Positions 25,231 through 37,310 of a stretch of DNA of 64,000 nucleotides are shown here, one piece after another. The notes beneath the pieces are model-generated. The model did no database searches. It saw only the letters and a program-made list of their open reading frames with translations, and was not told the DNA's origin. Source of the DNA: Lama guanicoe (taxonomy: Eukaryota); the NCBI GenBank assembly GCA_013239625.1, contig MU053758.1, positions 3,349,854-3,413,853 of the forward strand, written 5' to 3'. Made by a program: the position numbers and the translations under genes. The number at the start of each line of letters is the position of its first letter. Positions within the stretch are counted from its first letter, which is position 1.

Positions 25231-25493
25231 CTCTAAAAGGGGGACCTGGAAAGATGGATGGATGTAAAGACTGATGACATTTAATATAATGAACCTGCCA
25301 GTACACCACGTGGCAATGTGGACACCTCGAAACACGATAGCCCTTATTGTCCTCAGCATGGGCAGTTTGGAGGGAGAGCGGGAGGTGAGAGATGTCCCAG
25401 TAGAGTTGTGGAGATGGGCCTGGGAGAGAGGTCAGGGAAGACTTTTGTGGAGGAGGTGGCACCTGACCCAGGATTTTCCAGGCTCAGACTCAC

Positions 25494-25616
25494 CCTGTTG
25501 CACTGCGCCTGCAGGTCAATCTCCAGGGCCTGGAAAGTGCGCTTCAGTTCGTGGATGTCACTTTGGCTGCTCTGCACGGCTGTCGGATTGGCCACCTCCT
25601 GGGCCATGGCTGCCGA
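25494..25616 (-). CDS. KRT23: Keratin 23, coding exon 5, 123 nt
   Basis: cttacag|TCG GCA...; SAAMAQEVANPTAVQSSQSDIHELKRTFQALEIDLQAQCNR; donor AGG|GTGAGT. Confidence 0.95.
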
Positions 25617-25703
25617 CTGTAAGACCAAGCAAAGGGCAGAGGCTTTGGCATTGGGACCACTTGGAAATGGAACCTTTGTGAAGTTGGGGCACCCTTCTTT
25701 TAC

Positions 25704-25865
25704 CTGCTCTTTATACCAAGTGTCCAAGTCTTGATGCTTCTTCTTTATTATAAGCTCGTATTCCTGCCTCATATCCTCCAGGACCTTAATCAGATCTTCT
25801 CCCGGGGTTGTATCCACCTTCACATTGACCTTGAAGTCATTTGGCACACGATGTTCCTCCATTTC
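25704..25865 (-). CDS. KRT23: Keratin 23, coding exon 4, 162 nt
   Basis: aaacag|GAA ATG...; EMEEHRVPNDFKVNVKVDTTPGEDLIKVLEDMRQEYELIIKKKHQDLDTWYKEQ; donor CAG|GTAAAA. Confidence 0.96.
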
Positions 25866-26925
25866 CTGTTTAATAACAGACAGAAAACGAATCAGCTGTG
25901 ATAATCAGAAGGCCGGAAGTGTACTGATTGGCAGAAGTTCACAGGTCTTTTAAGAATCCAGCTTATGTAGTTGGCGCTGTGGTTTCTCAGTTATTGTTTG
26001 TTCATGAGAAAATGTGCTTTTTTTCTCTTAGAACTTTATAAAGTAAAACTTGCACCAGACAGGTAATTAAATGGCCTCTGTGATCACTGACTTCATCCCT
26101 GGTTGAAAATGTTTTGTAAAGAGTTACACTTACACAACGTGTAAGGTTCTCTTCAGCAAACGTTCATGAGTGAAACGATGGCACAACTGAGCATTTCAGG
26201 TGACAGGCCAGAGCTTTGGGGAAGCAGTTCAGTAACCGAAAGCCCAAAGGGGTAGAGGCTTCCAAAATCTTGTTGACGCATTATGACTCTGTAGGGCTAA
26301 CGCCCATAGGATATCATGAAAACCAAGAAACCACAGGAAAGGTTTAATTAACCATCATTGTCTAACCAGCTGTGCAGCAGCGGAGGCTCTTTGATGTTCA
26401 TAAGCAGTTTTGTTTGCCTAGAATGGGGATTGTTTTTCTATCATTTCATCAGAGTCTCTGGGACTTTAGATGGATGGTAACTTTTAAAAAGTCAGTTAAA
26501 TGCTTCTGGAAATCAGGATTCTTAACTTCTGCCACTAGGTATATTTACCTGGGTCATTGGTAGATTCTCTTTACCCTATTGTCCCCCGATTTGCTGCTCA
26601 TGGGGTTAGTGAAGGAAGTTCAACTCCACACATCTATTCTTCCGGTAGCATATTAACAAACAGGTCTAGATAAACATCGTATATTAACAAAGTTGTTGAC
26701 TGATTTCATCGTGAATTGTGATTGTATTTTAGCTGTTGTATTTGACACCTGAGTAGATAACCCTGAACTTGGAAAAATGAGATATTTATATGGTTCCTTG
26801 TGACTATTTAGGTTGAAGACAATAGAACTGGAATTCAGATGGTGATTTCTTCTGTAGCTACTGCATCACCTGAAACGCACAGATTGAGAGCCATGCAGGT
26901 TACCAGGAGCTCCTGGGCGTCCTAC

Positions 26926-27082
26926 CTGCTCATGACGCTTCTTCATAAGGATGAGCTCTTTCCTCATCCCCTCCACTTCCTGTTCCAAGTCTGTTGTGAC
27001 GATGGTCAGGTCATCCAGGGTCTTCCGGAGACCCTCAACTTCAGTTTCCAAGTCTTTCTTGAAGGAGTGTTCATTTTCATAC
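26926..27082 (-). CDS. KRT23: Keratin 23, coding exon 3, 157 nt
   Basis: ctcaaag|G TAT GAA...; YENEHSFKKDLETEVEGLRKTLDDLTIVTTDLEQEVEGMRKELILMKKRHEQ; donor CAG|GTAGGA. Confidence 0.96.
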
Positions 27083-27269
27083 CTTTGAGTAGAAGGGAGA
27101 GAAGAGTACACCTGCTGTTGGAAGGCCATGGCCTTGTAAGGAGTCACCTTAGGTTAGAGGTGAATCTCTTACTTTTTACATTTAATAGGAGCAAATGAAT
27201 ACAGGCTGTGCACCCTTTGTATGTCTGTTTCATGCAGGTTTTTCTATGATGGTGACTCAATTTTTTTTT

Positions 27270-27620
27270 TAATTAGAGAGAATGAAATAATAAACAGCCA
27301 TATACCCATCACTTAGAATTAGCAACCATTAACCATTATGCCATATTTGCTTCATCTATATTTTGTATTTTACAGTATATTATAGACATTATGACATTTT
27401 ACCCCTAAGTACTTCCAAATGTATTTTTTAAGAAAAAGACAGTTTTCTAAATAAGCATGATAACATTATAACACCTAAAAAAATCAATAATAACTCTTTA
27501 ATATCATCTAATTCTTGGTGCATATTCAAATTTCCCCATGCCAAAAAGTGTATTTTGCATCTGGTTTGTTTATACAAGGGTCCAGTCAGGTATTAGTTCC
27601 TGTTATGCCTTTTAATTATA
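27270..27620 (-). mobile_element. Old L1 (L1MC-type) 3' fragment in KRT23 intron 2
   Basis: CCCATCACTTAG...GACATTTTACCCCTAAGTACTTC...CATATTCAAATTTCCCCA. Confidence 0.55.
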
Positions 27621-27773
27621 TTTTGGTATGATTTTACACGTTGGTAATGGAGAGATAAGTTTTCCTTCTATAAAACAGAAACAAAAGCAGCAGTAACCCC
27701 CAAAACAAAACAGAACAAAACACCAAACAACCCCCCCCCCCGCCTTCCCCAACACTGTGAAGCAGGAACCCAC

Positions 27774-27856
27774 TTAAGGCTGAAGTCATCCACCGCCATC
27801 CTGGCGTTGTCAATGAGCAGGATGATCTGAGCGTTCATCATCTTGCCATCTGCTAT
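27774..27856 (-). CDS. KRT23: Keratin 23, coding exon 2, 83 nt
   Basis: ttttacag|ATA GCA GAT...; IADGKMMNAQIILLIDNARMAVDDFSL(K); donor AA|GTGGGT; 83 nt is the canonical type I keratin exon 2 size. Confidence 0.96.
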
Positions 27857-30800
27857 CTGTAAAACAGGCACCAGGAGTCATTTCAGTTGTACAAACTGCA
27901 CAGGAGCGCTGTATTGCTGCCCAGCTCCTGGGAAGCTGCCTTGTCAGCCTAGATGACGTCTTCTTCTAGCAGTGGAATAACGAGTAATAAAATCCGTAAG
28001 TATTTATTGAGCATTTGCTAGGTGCAAAGTGCAGGAATGATTTTACAGTAAGGATGTGGTCTGCAGTCAGTTTCACTGCCTTTTTTTTCTATGTTGACTT
28101 GACCGGTGAGGATGGATGCAGCTGCTCCAAGAGTGATATAAGGAGCAAGAGAGTGATTATTGAAACTGCCTTTAAATTTTCTAGTACAACGCACGCATGT
28201 ATTAAGCTCATCCACATCTGAAGATATTAAGTTTACGTTCTGACTTCCTATTGTGAATAGTAATTTGGCTCTCCTAAAGTGCAGTAGTTTTTAGATGAAC
28301 ATAATTCTTCCTTGTGGTAGCGTTCATGTTTCTGATCAGTGACACTGGCCAAAGTATCACTGATACAGAGCTTCATTAATATTAGTTTGTCAAACTAATT
28401 TTAAATGTACTTTATAGTGCATTTAAACTAATTTTAAATGTATTTCCTAATAGTCATCACATACCATAATTTTTTTTTGTTGCCCCAAATGACCATAGCC
28501 ACACATACAACCTGTGGGTGGGTGTGTATGTATTTGTAACTTATTCCATGATGAGAATGCCCCAATTGGAGCTTTTAAAATATTAACTGAAATAATTCTT
28601 TACCATCAAATGAAGTAGCTTAATAAACTTTAACTCTATTAAAGCTTTAACTGTCTCTGGTTAAAGACTTTCACTAGATGTTTATATAATTTTTTACTTT
28701 AAAAAGAGAATTTTTGTTGGAAGTGTCTACAGGAGCAATTGGGTATATAAATATATGATTTGTAAATACTTCCGGGTAGTTATAATCAGAGAAATACACA
28801 TATGAGAGAAATAAGATATGAAATGCACATTCAATGTATGTCACTGCCTTGGGGAAAATTGGGTGCAAGATAATCTCAGTGTCAAAAGTGTAATACTACT
28901 TTTGTACCAAGTATCGTGCTGAACTAGGAACAGCGAGATTTTCCTTTTACTTCCTGTTAACTGACCATTGGCCTGAACTCAGGTCAGTCATTCCACTCCC
29001 TGGACTTCAGTTTCATCATCTGTTAAAAAAGGAGTTTGTCCTAGAAACAGATGACCTTAGAGGTACTAGCTCCAAACTTCTGTAGCTTAGTTGGAGCTAG
29101 AGAATCCTGTGACATTCCCATTATATTTAGGCAGTTAATTCATATATTTAGAAAGGATTTTTTTTTTTTAGGACAGAATTATACCGCAATACAAAGGCAC
29201 CTTTTAAAAATCTGGTCCTGTTCAAAGCTCCACTGATTACTCGGAATTTAGTGTCACAAGTACACAATAACAGTATTCAGAGGTGGTAAGGAGCTGGTCT
29301 GGAACTCACAGAGCAGGGCCTGGCGTCCTGTTCCAGTGCCCACCCGCTGAGTGAGCTTGGCTATGTCTCAGTTTCTTCAGGCACAAAATGGCAATAGGAA
29401 CAATAGCCACTTCACCGAAGAGTTATGAGAATTAGAGTAGAAGAGATTAAATAAAATAATGTAAAAATACTTAGCCTTTGTGGGCACACTGTAGGCACTC
29501 TGAAAAATCAGTCAAAACTAACTTAGTTCAGGAAAGCATAAAGTGTTTAATTTTCTTTTTTAAAAGCTAGCACTTTTGTTATTAGAGCCAGTGTCTGCAT
29601 TGGATACACCCTGAGATGCATCCTCACACGTCTGCTGTTCGTGGTGGGAGACAGCCAGGCTTGCTGCCCCTGCCGAACTTCTTCCTTGTCTTGGTGGATT
29701 CCAAATAGTACTGTGACTACTTTCTTTGCTCTAAAAAAGGATTCTGCAGGTATTTCCTTGTCTTCCCTCTACAGTGCTGCTTTGGGATTTCTTACCTTTC
29801 CATCCAGGCTCTTTATTCGTTCATTACCTGAGCTCATGGGGAATGAAAAGTAGCCTCATCCAAAATGGCCACGGGACCCCTGCAGTTAGTCTCAGTTGTG
29901 CATGGAGGTTTTGCTTGACATTCAGAGAAACCATACACTGTATGTTCCGTGGAATCAGGAAAAATTAAATAATCCCATCTGTGTTGGAAACACTGTTTCC
30001 ACTAACAGGGGCCAAGTAAGCACTTGATATACAATATGTTTCTAGTTGGAAGACCATGGAATGAGCATTAAGAACATCATTTTCTATGTACTGATACAGG
30101 AAAATCTCCAAGGTATATTAAGTTGGAGGAAAAGGTGAGTTTAGTTCATAGAAGTATACTGATGTCACTTCCTTTGTTGTTGCAAATGTGTCATGGTGAT
30201 GGAAGGTTTTACGGATGAGGGGAGCTGGGTGAGAGGCTTATGGAAAGTTTCTGTACCATGTAAATCTAACATTACTCCACATGAAAAGCTTATTTGAAAT
30301 AATGATAAAGATGCAGAGCAGCGTGTATAGTTAAAAAAAAATTATCGTCTTACTTACTTACTTGGCTTTTCTGAGGTAAATTGGTAATTTATGCACTGCA
30401 GAGTCCACAGTGAGGGGTCTGATTCCCCCAGGTAGCCTTCTCACAGTACATGAGTTGATATGGCTCATATTTAAAAACCGAAACTATTTCCCACTCTTTG
30501 GGTTACCTGATACAATATTATGCTACAAACACTACTTCTGAGACATCCTTCATGGTAATGAATGAGTAAGGATGGATTGAGAAATAATGTATAAGGCATA
30601 GGTCTTGCATTGTGTATTATAATTAATCACCTGGATTCTCCCCAAGGCCCTGAGTTCATTCTTTTAAAAGAAATCTATTTGGTGCATTAGTGCTGCATCA
30701 TTGCTCCAGGGTGTGTAATCTCCTACTGGGGGGAGGAAAATAGAATTTTTGACCATAAACCAAATGTGCCAAATACAGTACTATTGAGAGCCATTCTAAT

Positions 30801-32891
30801 ATCCTGATATTTATATGACAATATCCAACTCTGTTTCAAAAGGAATGGATTAATTTTTGAACTCAATTTCTTATACACTTTTGGAGTAACATTTAATATC
30901 CCTAAAGTGGGGGCAGGAGAGTGCTGTGTCTACTCAGAACATTTCATGAGTCATGAAAGGCCCAGGAAGGGATCAGCCCTGGGCATTGTGGGACCTCTGT
31001 GGGCCCCTGTTTTCTCACCTGCAAACGGGGGAGGCTGGTTACACAGACAGCCTGAACTTCAGAGAGTTGTTTTCTTCAAACACAGACAAACAACCAGGTA
31101 AGAAATCCAGGAAAGAGTGGAATTCCAAGCTGAAGAATCTCCCTATGTAGTGTCAGAATGCAGAATCGGGGGCTGCCTTGAGAGTGGGCCAGCCACCCCT
31201 CCTCGTCATTGTCCCCACTCACTATTCTCAATTCTGTTCCAAAGAGTTTGGGCAACCACTTGGTCTCAGCCTCTGCATCTATAAATTGTGGATAAAACAA
31301 TGCTTCACAGAATGAGATAATGGGTATGAAATATGTGTTGTATGATTAACAGTGCAAACGTAATGCATTATCTTTATTAATTAACAGCATCATTTTTGCA
31401 GGAGGGAGACTGGCTAACACACTATATGAAAATTATAGGGCCATTGGAAACAGGCCTGGGTTATAACCCCAGCTCAGCCTCTTACTGGTGGCTTTGGATG
31501 GCTTCTTCACTTCTCTGAGTTTCAATTTCTTTCTAGAGTTGTTGTGAGAGTTAAATCAGTTGATATAGAACATTTCCATCAGAAATGTTCACGGACAGTG
31601 CTGATAAGTGGATTAAATACCCGTCACGATGCCTGGCATACAATAAGTACTCAATAAATATTTCCCTTCCTTTCCCTTCTTCACCCTACTGTCAGCTAAT
31701 AAATTATGTGAATAGGTCTAACCTGACGTTTCTTTAGGGAGTTACGTTCTCAGCTGCCCATTTGCAAAAATCTTCTAGTCTCTCCATTCTAAAACCAAAA
31801 CGACTATATTAATAAAAACAGCGTGGTGAGGTTTGTTGAATCACTTTTTTTTTTTGGTAAAGACAAACATGTACTATATAGTTAAGGTAATTACACAGTC
31901 AGTTATTAGGTTGATTATTCAATAATTAGGGTTCATTATAAGGACAGATTTCTATTATCTTGATTGGTCCTTCCTATATTCAAGCCTGGACAACTGAATG
32001 CTGAGAAATAATACCATATAAATACTGGAAACCTGTGATGCCCTTTCTAGGATACGTTAAGTAAGATCTTACAGGAAATTTTCTGAGACCACTTTACATA
32101 AGAGGGAATTTATGTAGCTTTAAAATATAACCTAAAAGGTGACTGGATTCCCTCTGCTTCTAACCAGTGTTTTGAAGGTGTAGTTTTTTTTTTTTTGAAT
32201 GTATGTCCCAGAAAGATTAGCTTTTTTAATGTTGAAAAGTTGTTTATTTTTTTGAAGAATTCTCCCTAACCCAGCCTAACTCTAAGATTCCAAAAATTAT
32301 CCTCATTTTATAATGTATTTTCCTAGCAACACGCCATCTTCAGAACTGGAGCAGCTAGAATTCAGAACTTCTAGCAGCTCCCAAGAGGCAATATCCAGGG
32401 ATATCACAATGATGTATCTGCTAGTGGAGTGACAGCTTTTAGGTGTGATCTCCGAAATAGTACAATTCAGCCTTTCTTTGATGGCTGATCACTCTGTCGC
32501 CAGGACTTTGAGGTGGAGAGGAACTGATGTCATGAGAAAGTAAATGCTCCCTTGTGCCTTGTGCACTAAGCATGAGGCATAAAAACGCACCCTGATCATT
32601 ACAATCGTGTCGTTGGATTGTAAGTGATTTCGACAGCAGCTGGTTGCCTTACGTTGTTTAGACTTTCTATATAATTTATGTATAAAGATTATTATACCAA
32701 ACATTATTGATATTATTATACCAAGTCCAAATTTAAGGTATGATATGAAAATGTCTTTGAATACCTTTGTTCATGATGACTTGAAGCTCTTTTGCCATTT
32801 TCCTGGAAATTGTCTTTGTACTGATTTCTCCTCCCACAAACCCCTAGAAACGCAGCCCCCTCTGGAGTTCCAGGATCAGCCGGGATCTTAC

Positions 32892-33287
32892 CTGCTCCTG
32901 CAGGCGGCTGATGTTTTCCTCATATTGGGAGTAATCTTGCTTACTGCCCGGATCTCTCTGCTGATGCCACTTGAAGATGCAACTTTCGAGTTTCGTGTTG
33001 GCCTCCTCCAGGGCGCGCACCTTGTCCAGGTAGGAGGCCAGGCGGCTGTTGAGGTTCTGCATCATTTCCTTCCCATTTCCACCGAGGAGGGAACCACCTC
33101 TTCCAGACTCCCAGCACCCTCGAGGGGGCGGGCATCTTGGCGAGGAGAAGGAAAGGGAGATGCGGACACCTCCCGCACCACCATGGACGCTAGGAGCCCG
33201 GGGGAAGCTCTCTGGCCTGCCCCAGCCACCTCCTGGGCCATGGCGGGAGCCTGAGGGGGTCTGGCAGAAGCTGTGCCTGGAGTTCAT
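32892..33287 (-). CDS. KRT23: Keratin 23, coding exon 1 (head + coil 1A), 396 nt
   Basis: ATG at 33287 (ACCATGA); translates [14 protein letters not shown]...[28 protein letters not shown]...RLQEQ, recognisably K23; donor CAG|GTAAGA at 32891. Confidence 0.97.
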
Positions 33288-33373
33288 GGTCCCATCTGGG
33301 TCTGGGCCAGGGCTGGGCTCTGGTCGGCTCCCTGGCACCGCAAAACTGAGCCGCCCCAGACTGCCCTGGATGG

Positions 33374-33380
33374 TTTTATG
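33374..33380 (-). promoter_or_regulatory. TATA-like CATAAAA ~90 nt upstream of the KRT23 ATG (possible proximal promoter)
   Basis: GGGCATAAAACC on the minus strand at typical keratin spacing. An acceptor-like cccttttcag|A at 33638 suggests an alternative start from an upstream non-coding exon. Confidence 0.4.
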
Positions 33381-34592
33381 CCCTTTGCCGTGGGAGTTCC
33401 TTTCTCTGACAACTGTACCAACAAGATCCTATCATTGTGCAACATGTGTTTCCTCTTGGTCAATCCCAAAGCGCCCCTGGGTTTTCACACACGATGTTGT
33501 TGTTTAGAGCTGCATTGATAAACCAGTTTGCTTCTCCAACTCAGTGGTAACCCGGGGGTGTGGCTCATGACCTTAGTGGGTATTAGTCTCAGGTGTCTTT
33601 CTAATCTTTCCGTGGAGTTTTTCCATTGTCCACTTATCTGAAAAGGGTCTGATTAAAGTCCACAAAAAGATTCTTTCGTGGAGCACAGATTTCCTTTTAA
33701 AACAGACGTTAAACATGCAGATACATACCTGCCCCTCCATAAATAAACATACCCCAACTCTAAAGCGAGGGTGGGAGAGACTTGCAAGCGAAGAGCCAGA
33801 TAACAGACTCTCAGTTCCTGGAATAAAAATACTCGTGCTGAGGAAATGGAGACTGAATTTCTGATGTCCTTGTGGCAGTCACTTGTTTGATGGAAAGTAA
33901 TTTCAAAGGAATCATTCTTAAGAACAAACCCGCAATTATAATTAATTAATTAATTAATTAATTAATGACCGAGCCTTCCACTTCCAGGATGCCTTTTATC
34001 CCAGCACACCTCAAAACCAAACAGCCCCAGCCTGTGCCCAGGGCTTCCCTTGGCCCCTGAGGGGAATGCAGCCTTTGTTGAGTGGCCCGGCAGTCTGTCC
34101 CGGCTGAGCCCTGGAAAGGCTGGATTCTGTGTGTCTGCGACCTGCAGAGGGAACAGAGGAGAACAGGAAATGTGCCATGGGTTGTCTAATATGCTTGATA
34201 AATCTTTTGCTTTGCCTGCCAAAGTAAAGGTTAAGAAGGAATAAAGATAGTCTGGGAGCAGGGAGCCATGTGCTGCTGGCTGGCAACCAGATTTAAAGGG
34301 GACTCAGAAATACAATGGCAGCCTCTGAAGGGACTTGAGTCCCCCTTGGTCCAAGCCATTAATTTTACATGTGAGAAGGACTGAGGCCTGTAGGGTTGGG
34401 GGTATGGCTGGGGACGTCGTGGGTTAGTGGCAAAGCCAGGGCGGGGATCTTTCTGCCACATAGCACTGTTATCATTGAGTCCAATCTTGATGGAGTCCTG
34501 TACCACACTTCTCTTTCATAATAGTGATAATGGGGCTGCCCAGTTTACATAGCCCTTTGTTGTTCTTTATTTAGCCCACAACAACAACTGTT

Positions 34593-35475
34593 TTTTTTCT
34601 AGCTATCCCTTCTTTTTAAAAAATTTTAATTAATTAATTAATTTATTTATTGATTGATGTATAGTCAGTTTACAGTGTGATAGTTTCTGGTATACAGCAT
34701 AGTGATTCAGTTATATATATAAAAATTATAAATATATACTCAGCTTTATATATATATGTAAATATATATTCCTTTTCACTATAGGCTATTATTACAAGAT
34801 ACTGAATATAGTTCCCTGTGCTTTACAGTAGGACCTTGTGGTTTATCTATTTTATATATAGTAGTATCTACAAATCCCGAACTCCCAATTTATCCATCCC
34901 CTTCCCTCTCTGGTAACCATAATTTGTTTTCTGTGTCTGTGAGTCTGTTTTATAATAAGTTCATCTGTGTCTTTTTTTTTTTTATTCCACATATAAGATA
35001 TGGCATTTTTCTTTCTCTTTCTGGCTGATTTCACTTAGAATGACTATCTCCATGTCCATTGATGTTGCTGCAAATGGCATTATTTTGTTCTTTTTTATGG
35101 CTGAGTAGTATTGCATTCTATACCACAACTCCTTTATCCTGTCATCTGTCAGTGGACATTTAGGTTGCTTCCATGTATTGGCTATTGTGAATACTGCTGC
35201 TATGAACATTGGGGTGCATGTATCTTTTGAATTAGAGTTCGCTCCAGATCCATGCCCAAGAGTGGGATTGCTGGATCATATGGTAAGTCTATTTTTAGTT
35301 TTTTAAGGAATCTCCATACTGTTTTCTGTAATGGCTGCACCAAACTATATTCCCACCAACAGTATAGGAGGGTTCCCTTTTCTCCACACCCTCTCCAGCA
35401 CTTATTACTTGTGGACTTTGTAGCGATGGCCATTCTGACTGGTGTGAGGTGATACCTCATTGCAGTTTTGATTTA
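34593..35475 (-). mobile_element. 5'-truncated L1 (ORF2 C-terminus + 3'UTR) upstream of KRT23
   Basis: ORF track shows ORF2 C-terminal peptides ([12 protein letters not shown]...[36 protein letters not shown]); AT-rich tail on the left. Confidence 0.9.
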
Positions 35476-37099
35476 CATAGAAATTTCTATTTCTAAACCT
35501 AACATGAATAACTTCTTAAAACTACACACCTCTAATTTACCAAATCACACACTCCACAATTCTCGACTTACAGTGGGCAACTGGGGGAAAAGGGTGCAGA
35601 TTTCACTGCTTGCTAGGAGACATCTGTAACCACACAACAACTCTTGATGTTGCCAGGCAAGCGGTATTGTTCCCATTTTACAGATCAGGGGCTCATGGAG
35701 GTGAATGGTGCAGAGCTGATTTGCGCATACAACTAAGTCAACATAGGACTTTAGAGTTGTTGCTGCCTTGGTCCGTGCTGTTTCCACTGCTTGGAAGGTC
35801 ACTGCTTGTGCTGCCTATGTCTGCTCCCCTGCCTTCGAGACGTAGATCTAGGGTTACCTCTTTCAACAACTGTTTTCTGAATTTTTCTTGCATGAGTTGG
35901 GGGCCCCTTCTATGAGGAAAACTGCCTTTTCTTGATCTCAAGATCCCCCACAGGGGCAGACAGCATGGTATCCCCACGTCAGAGCGAAGCTTGGGAGCCC
36001 CACAGTGGAAGCTGGAAGGCCCCCAGCTGGGCCCAGTCACATCCGGTCACATCTGAGTCCACTCCCATTCTTCCACTCACTACATTATACTGTACTTGTT
36101 ACACTCCTTTGGGACTGCAGGCTTCTTGAAAGTGGGGAGTATGTCTTCCATCTTTCAAAGTCTAGCCTCTTTGAGGCATTTCATACATGTATGTTAACTC
36201 AGTAATGAACTTTTTAGAGTCAGGATTTTAACTCAGATCCTCCAACGCCATCACCTCCTGCCTCTTTTAGGAGTGTGAGTTGTAAAACCAGAAAGTAAGA
36301 AAAAGCCTCTCCCAGGGGTGAACCAGCCAGCCACAAAGGCAAAATCATTCCTAATCACAAATAAAATCACCTAAGACACACCATCTCTGTTTGTCTGCCT
36401 GGCAACAAAACCTCGCAAATGTCTTGTAGACTTTCCTCATTCTGTGTGCGAGATGGAAAAATTTAGTCGAGGCTTAGAGGGAATGTCTTTTCAAAGTGTT
36501 CTGTGGTCACTTACATCTCTGAACATGAAAGAAAGACAGAAGGGAGACATGATAAAAAAAAAAACAACAGAGCAAATGAGGGAACCACAGAGACTTGTTT
36601 AGATGTGTGGTGGCAAGTGGTGTTCTGTGGATGTGGCTAGTTCCTGATCATTTGTTTGGCTCAAGGTTAAGGTCGGCTGTCAGGTTTGCATTTACATGGA
36701 CCCAGCTTCATATCCATCTGTAGGACGTGCAGAGACCAGGCTGCACCCCATTTCCCTAAACTCTCACAGTCATCTGCAGTGGAACTGATCACTTTCTGCT
36801 CATTTCGGGTGTGTCTGAGTGGCAGTGACTTCTTAGCCCCATGAACTTGGCCCATGAGCCATTTTACATCAGTATGTAGGAGTTTGGATTTATAGATGTT
36901 AACCTTGAGCAAAATATTCCTAGCATTGCAGCAGGACCTGGGAGGGAAGAATTGGTGGTGAGATTTGAGAGGACTTGGGAGAAGTCATCTCTTCTAGGAT
37001 CATCATACAGTGATTTTCCCTGTAACTCCCGATGTGTGGCATTCCACTGGGCTTCAGAAGAGATAGTGGGTTTTTGTTTGTCTGTAAAAATGATACATG

Positions 37100-37310
37100 C
37101 TTTTTTAAAATTCTTGTTTTTTATTGAAGTGTAGTCGATTTACAATGTTAGTTTCAGGTGTACAGCAAAGCAATTCAGTTATGCATATACATGCATACAT
37201 ATATGAATTTTCAGTTTCTTTTCCGTCATGGCTCATTATAAGAAATTGAATGTAGTTCCCTGTGTTATACAGTAGGTCCTTGTTGTTTATCTATTTTTAT
37301 ATATATTAAT
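37100..37310 (-). mobile_element. Short L1 3' end fragment
   Basis: TTTTATTGAAGTGTAGTCGATTTACAATGTTAGTTTCAGGTGTACAGC...GTTCCCTGTGTTATACAGTAGGTCCTTG. Confidence 0.75.

Noticed and set aside
32892..33287. KRT23 as a pseudogene
   Set aside because: All eight exons splice in frame with GT-AG sites; the early stop removes only 4 terminal residues and a poly(A) signal is present.
33288..33338. N-terminal extension of K23 (MPGSRPEP...) in the ORF track
   Set aside because: It begins at GTG; the K23-like start with good Kozak context is the ATG at 33287.
32745..33518. Plus-strand ORFs of 169, 152 and 81 aa overlapping KRT23 exon 1
   Set aside because: Antisense shadows of GC-rich coding sequence with no recognisable protein; the same holds for plus-strand ORFs over other keratin exons.
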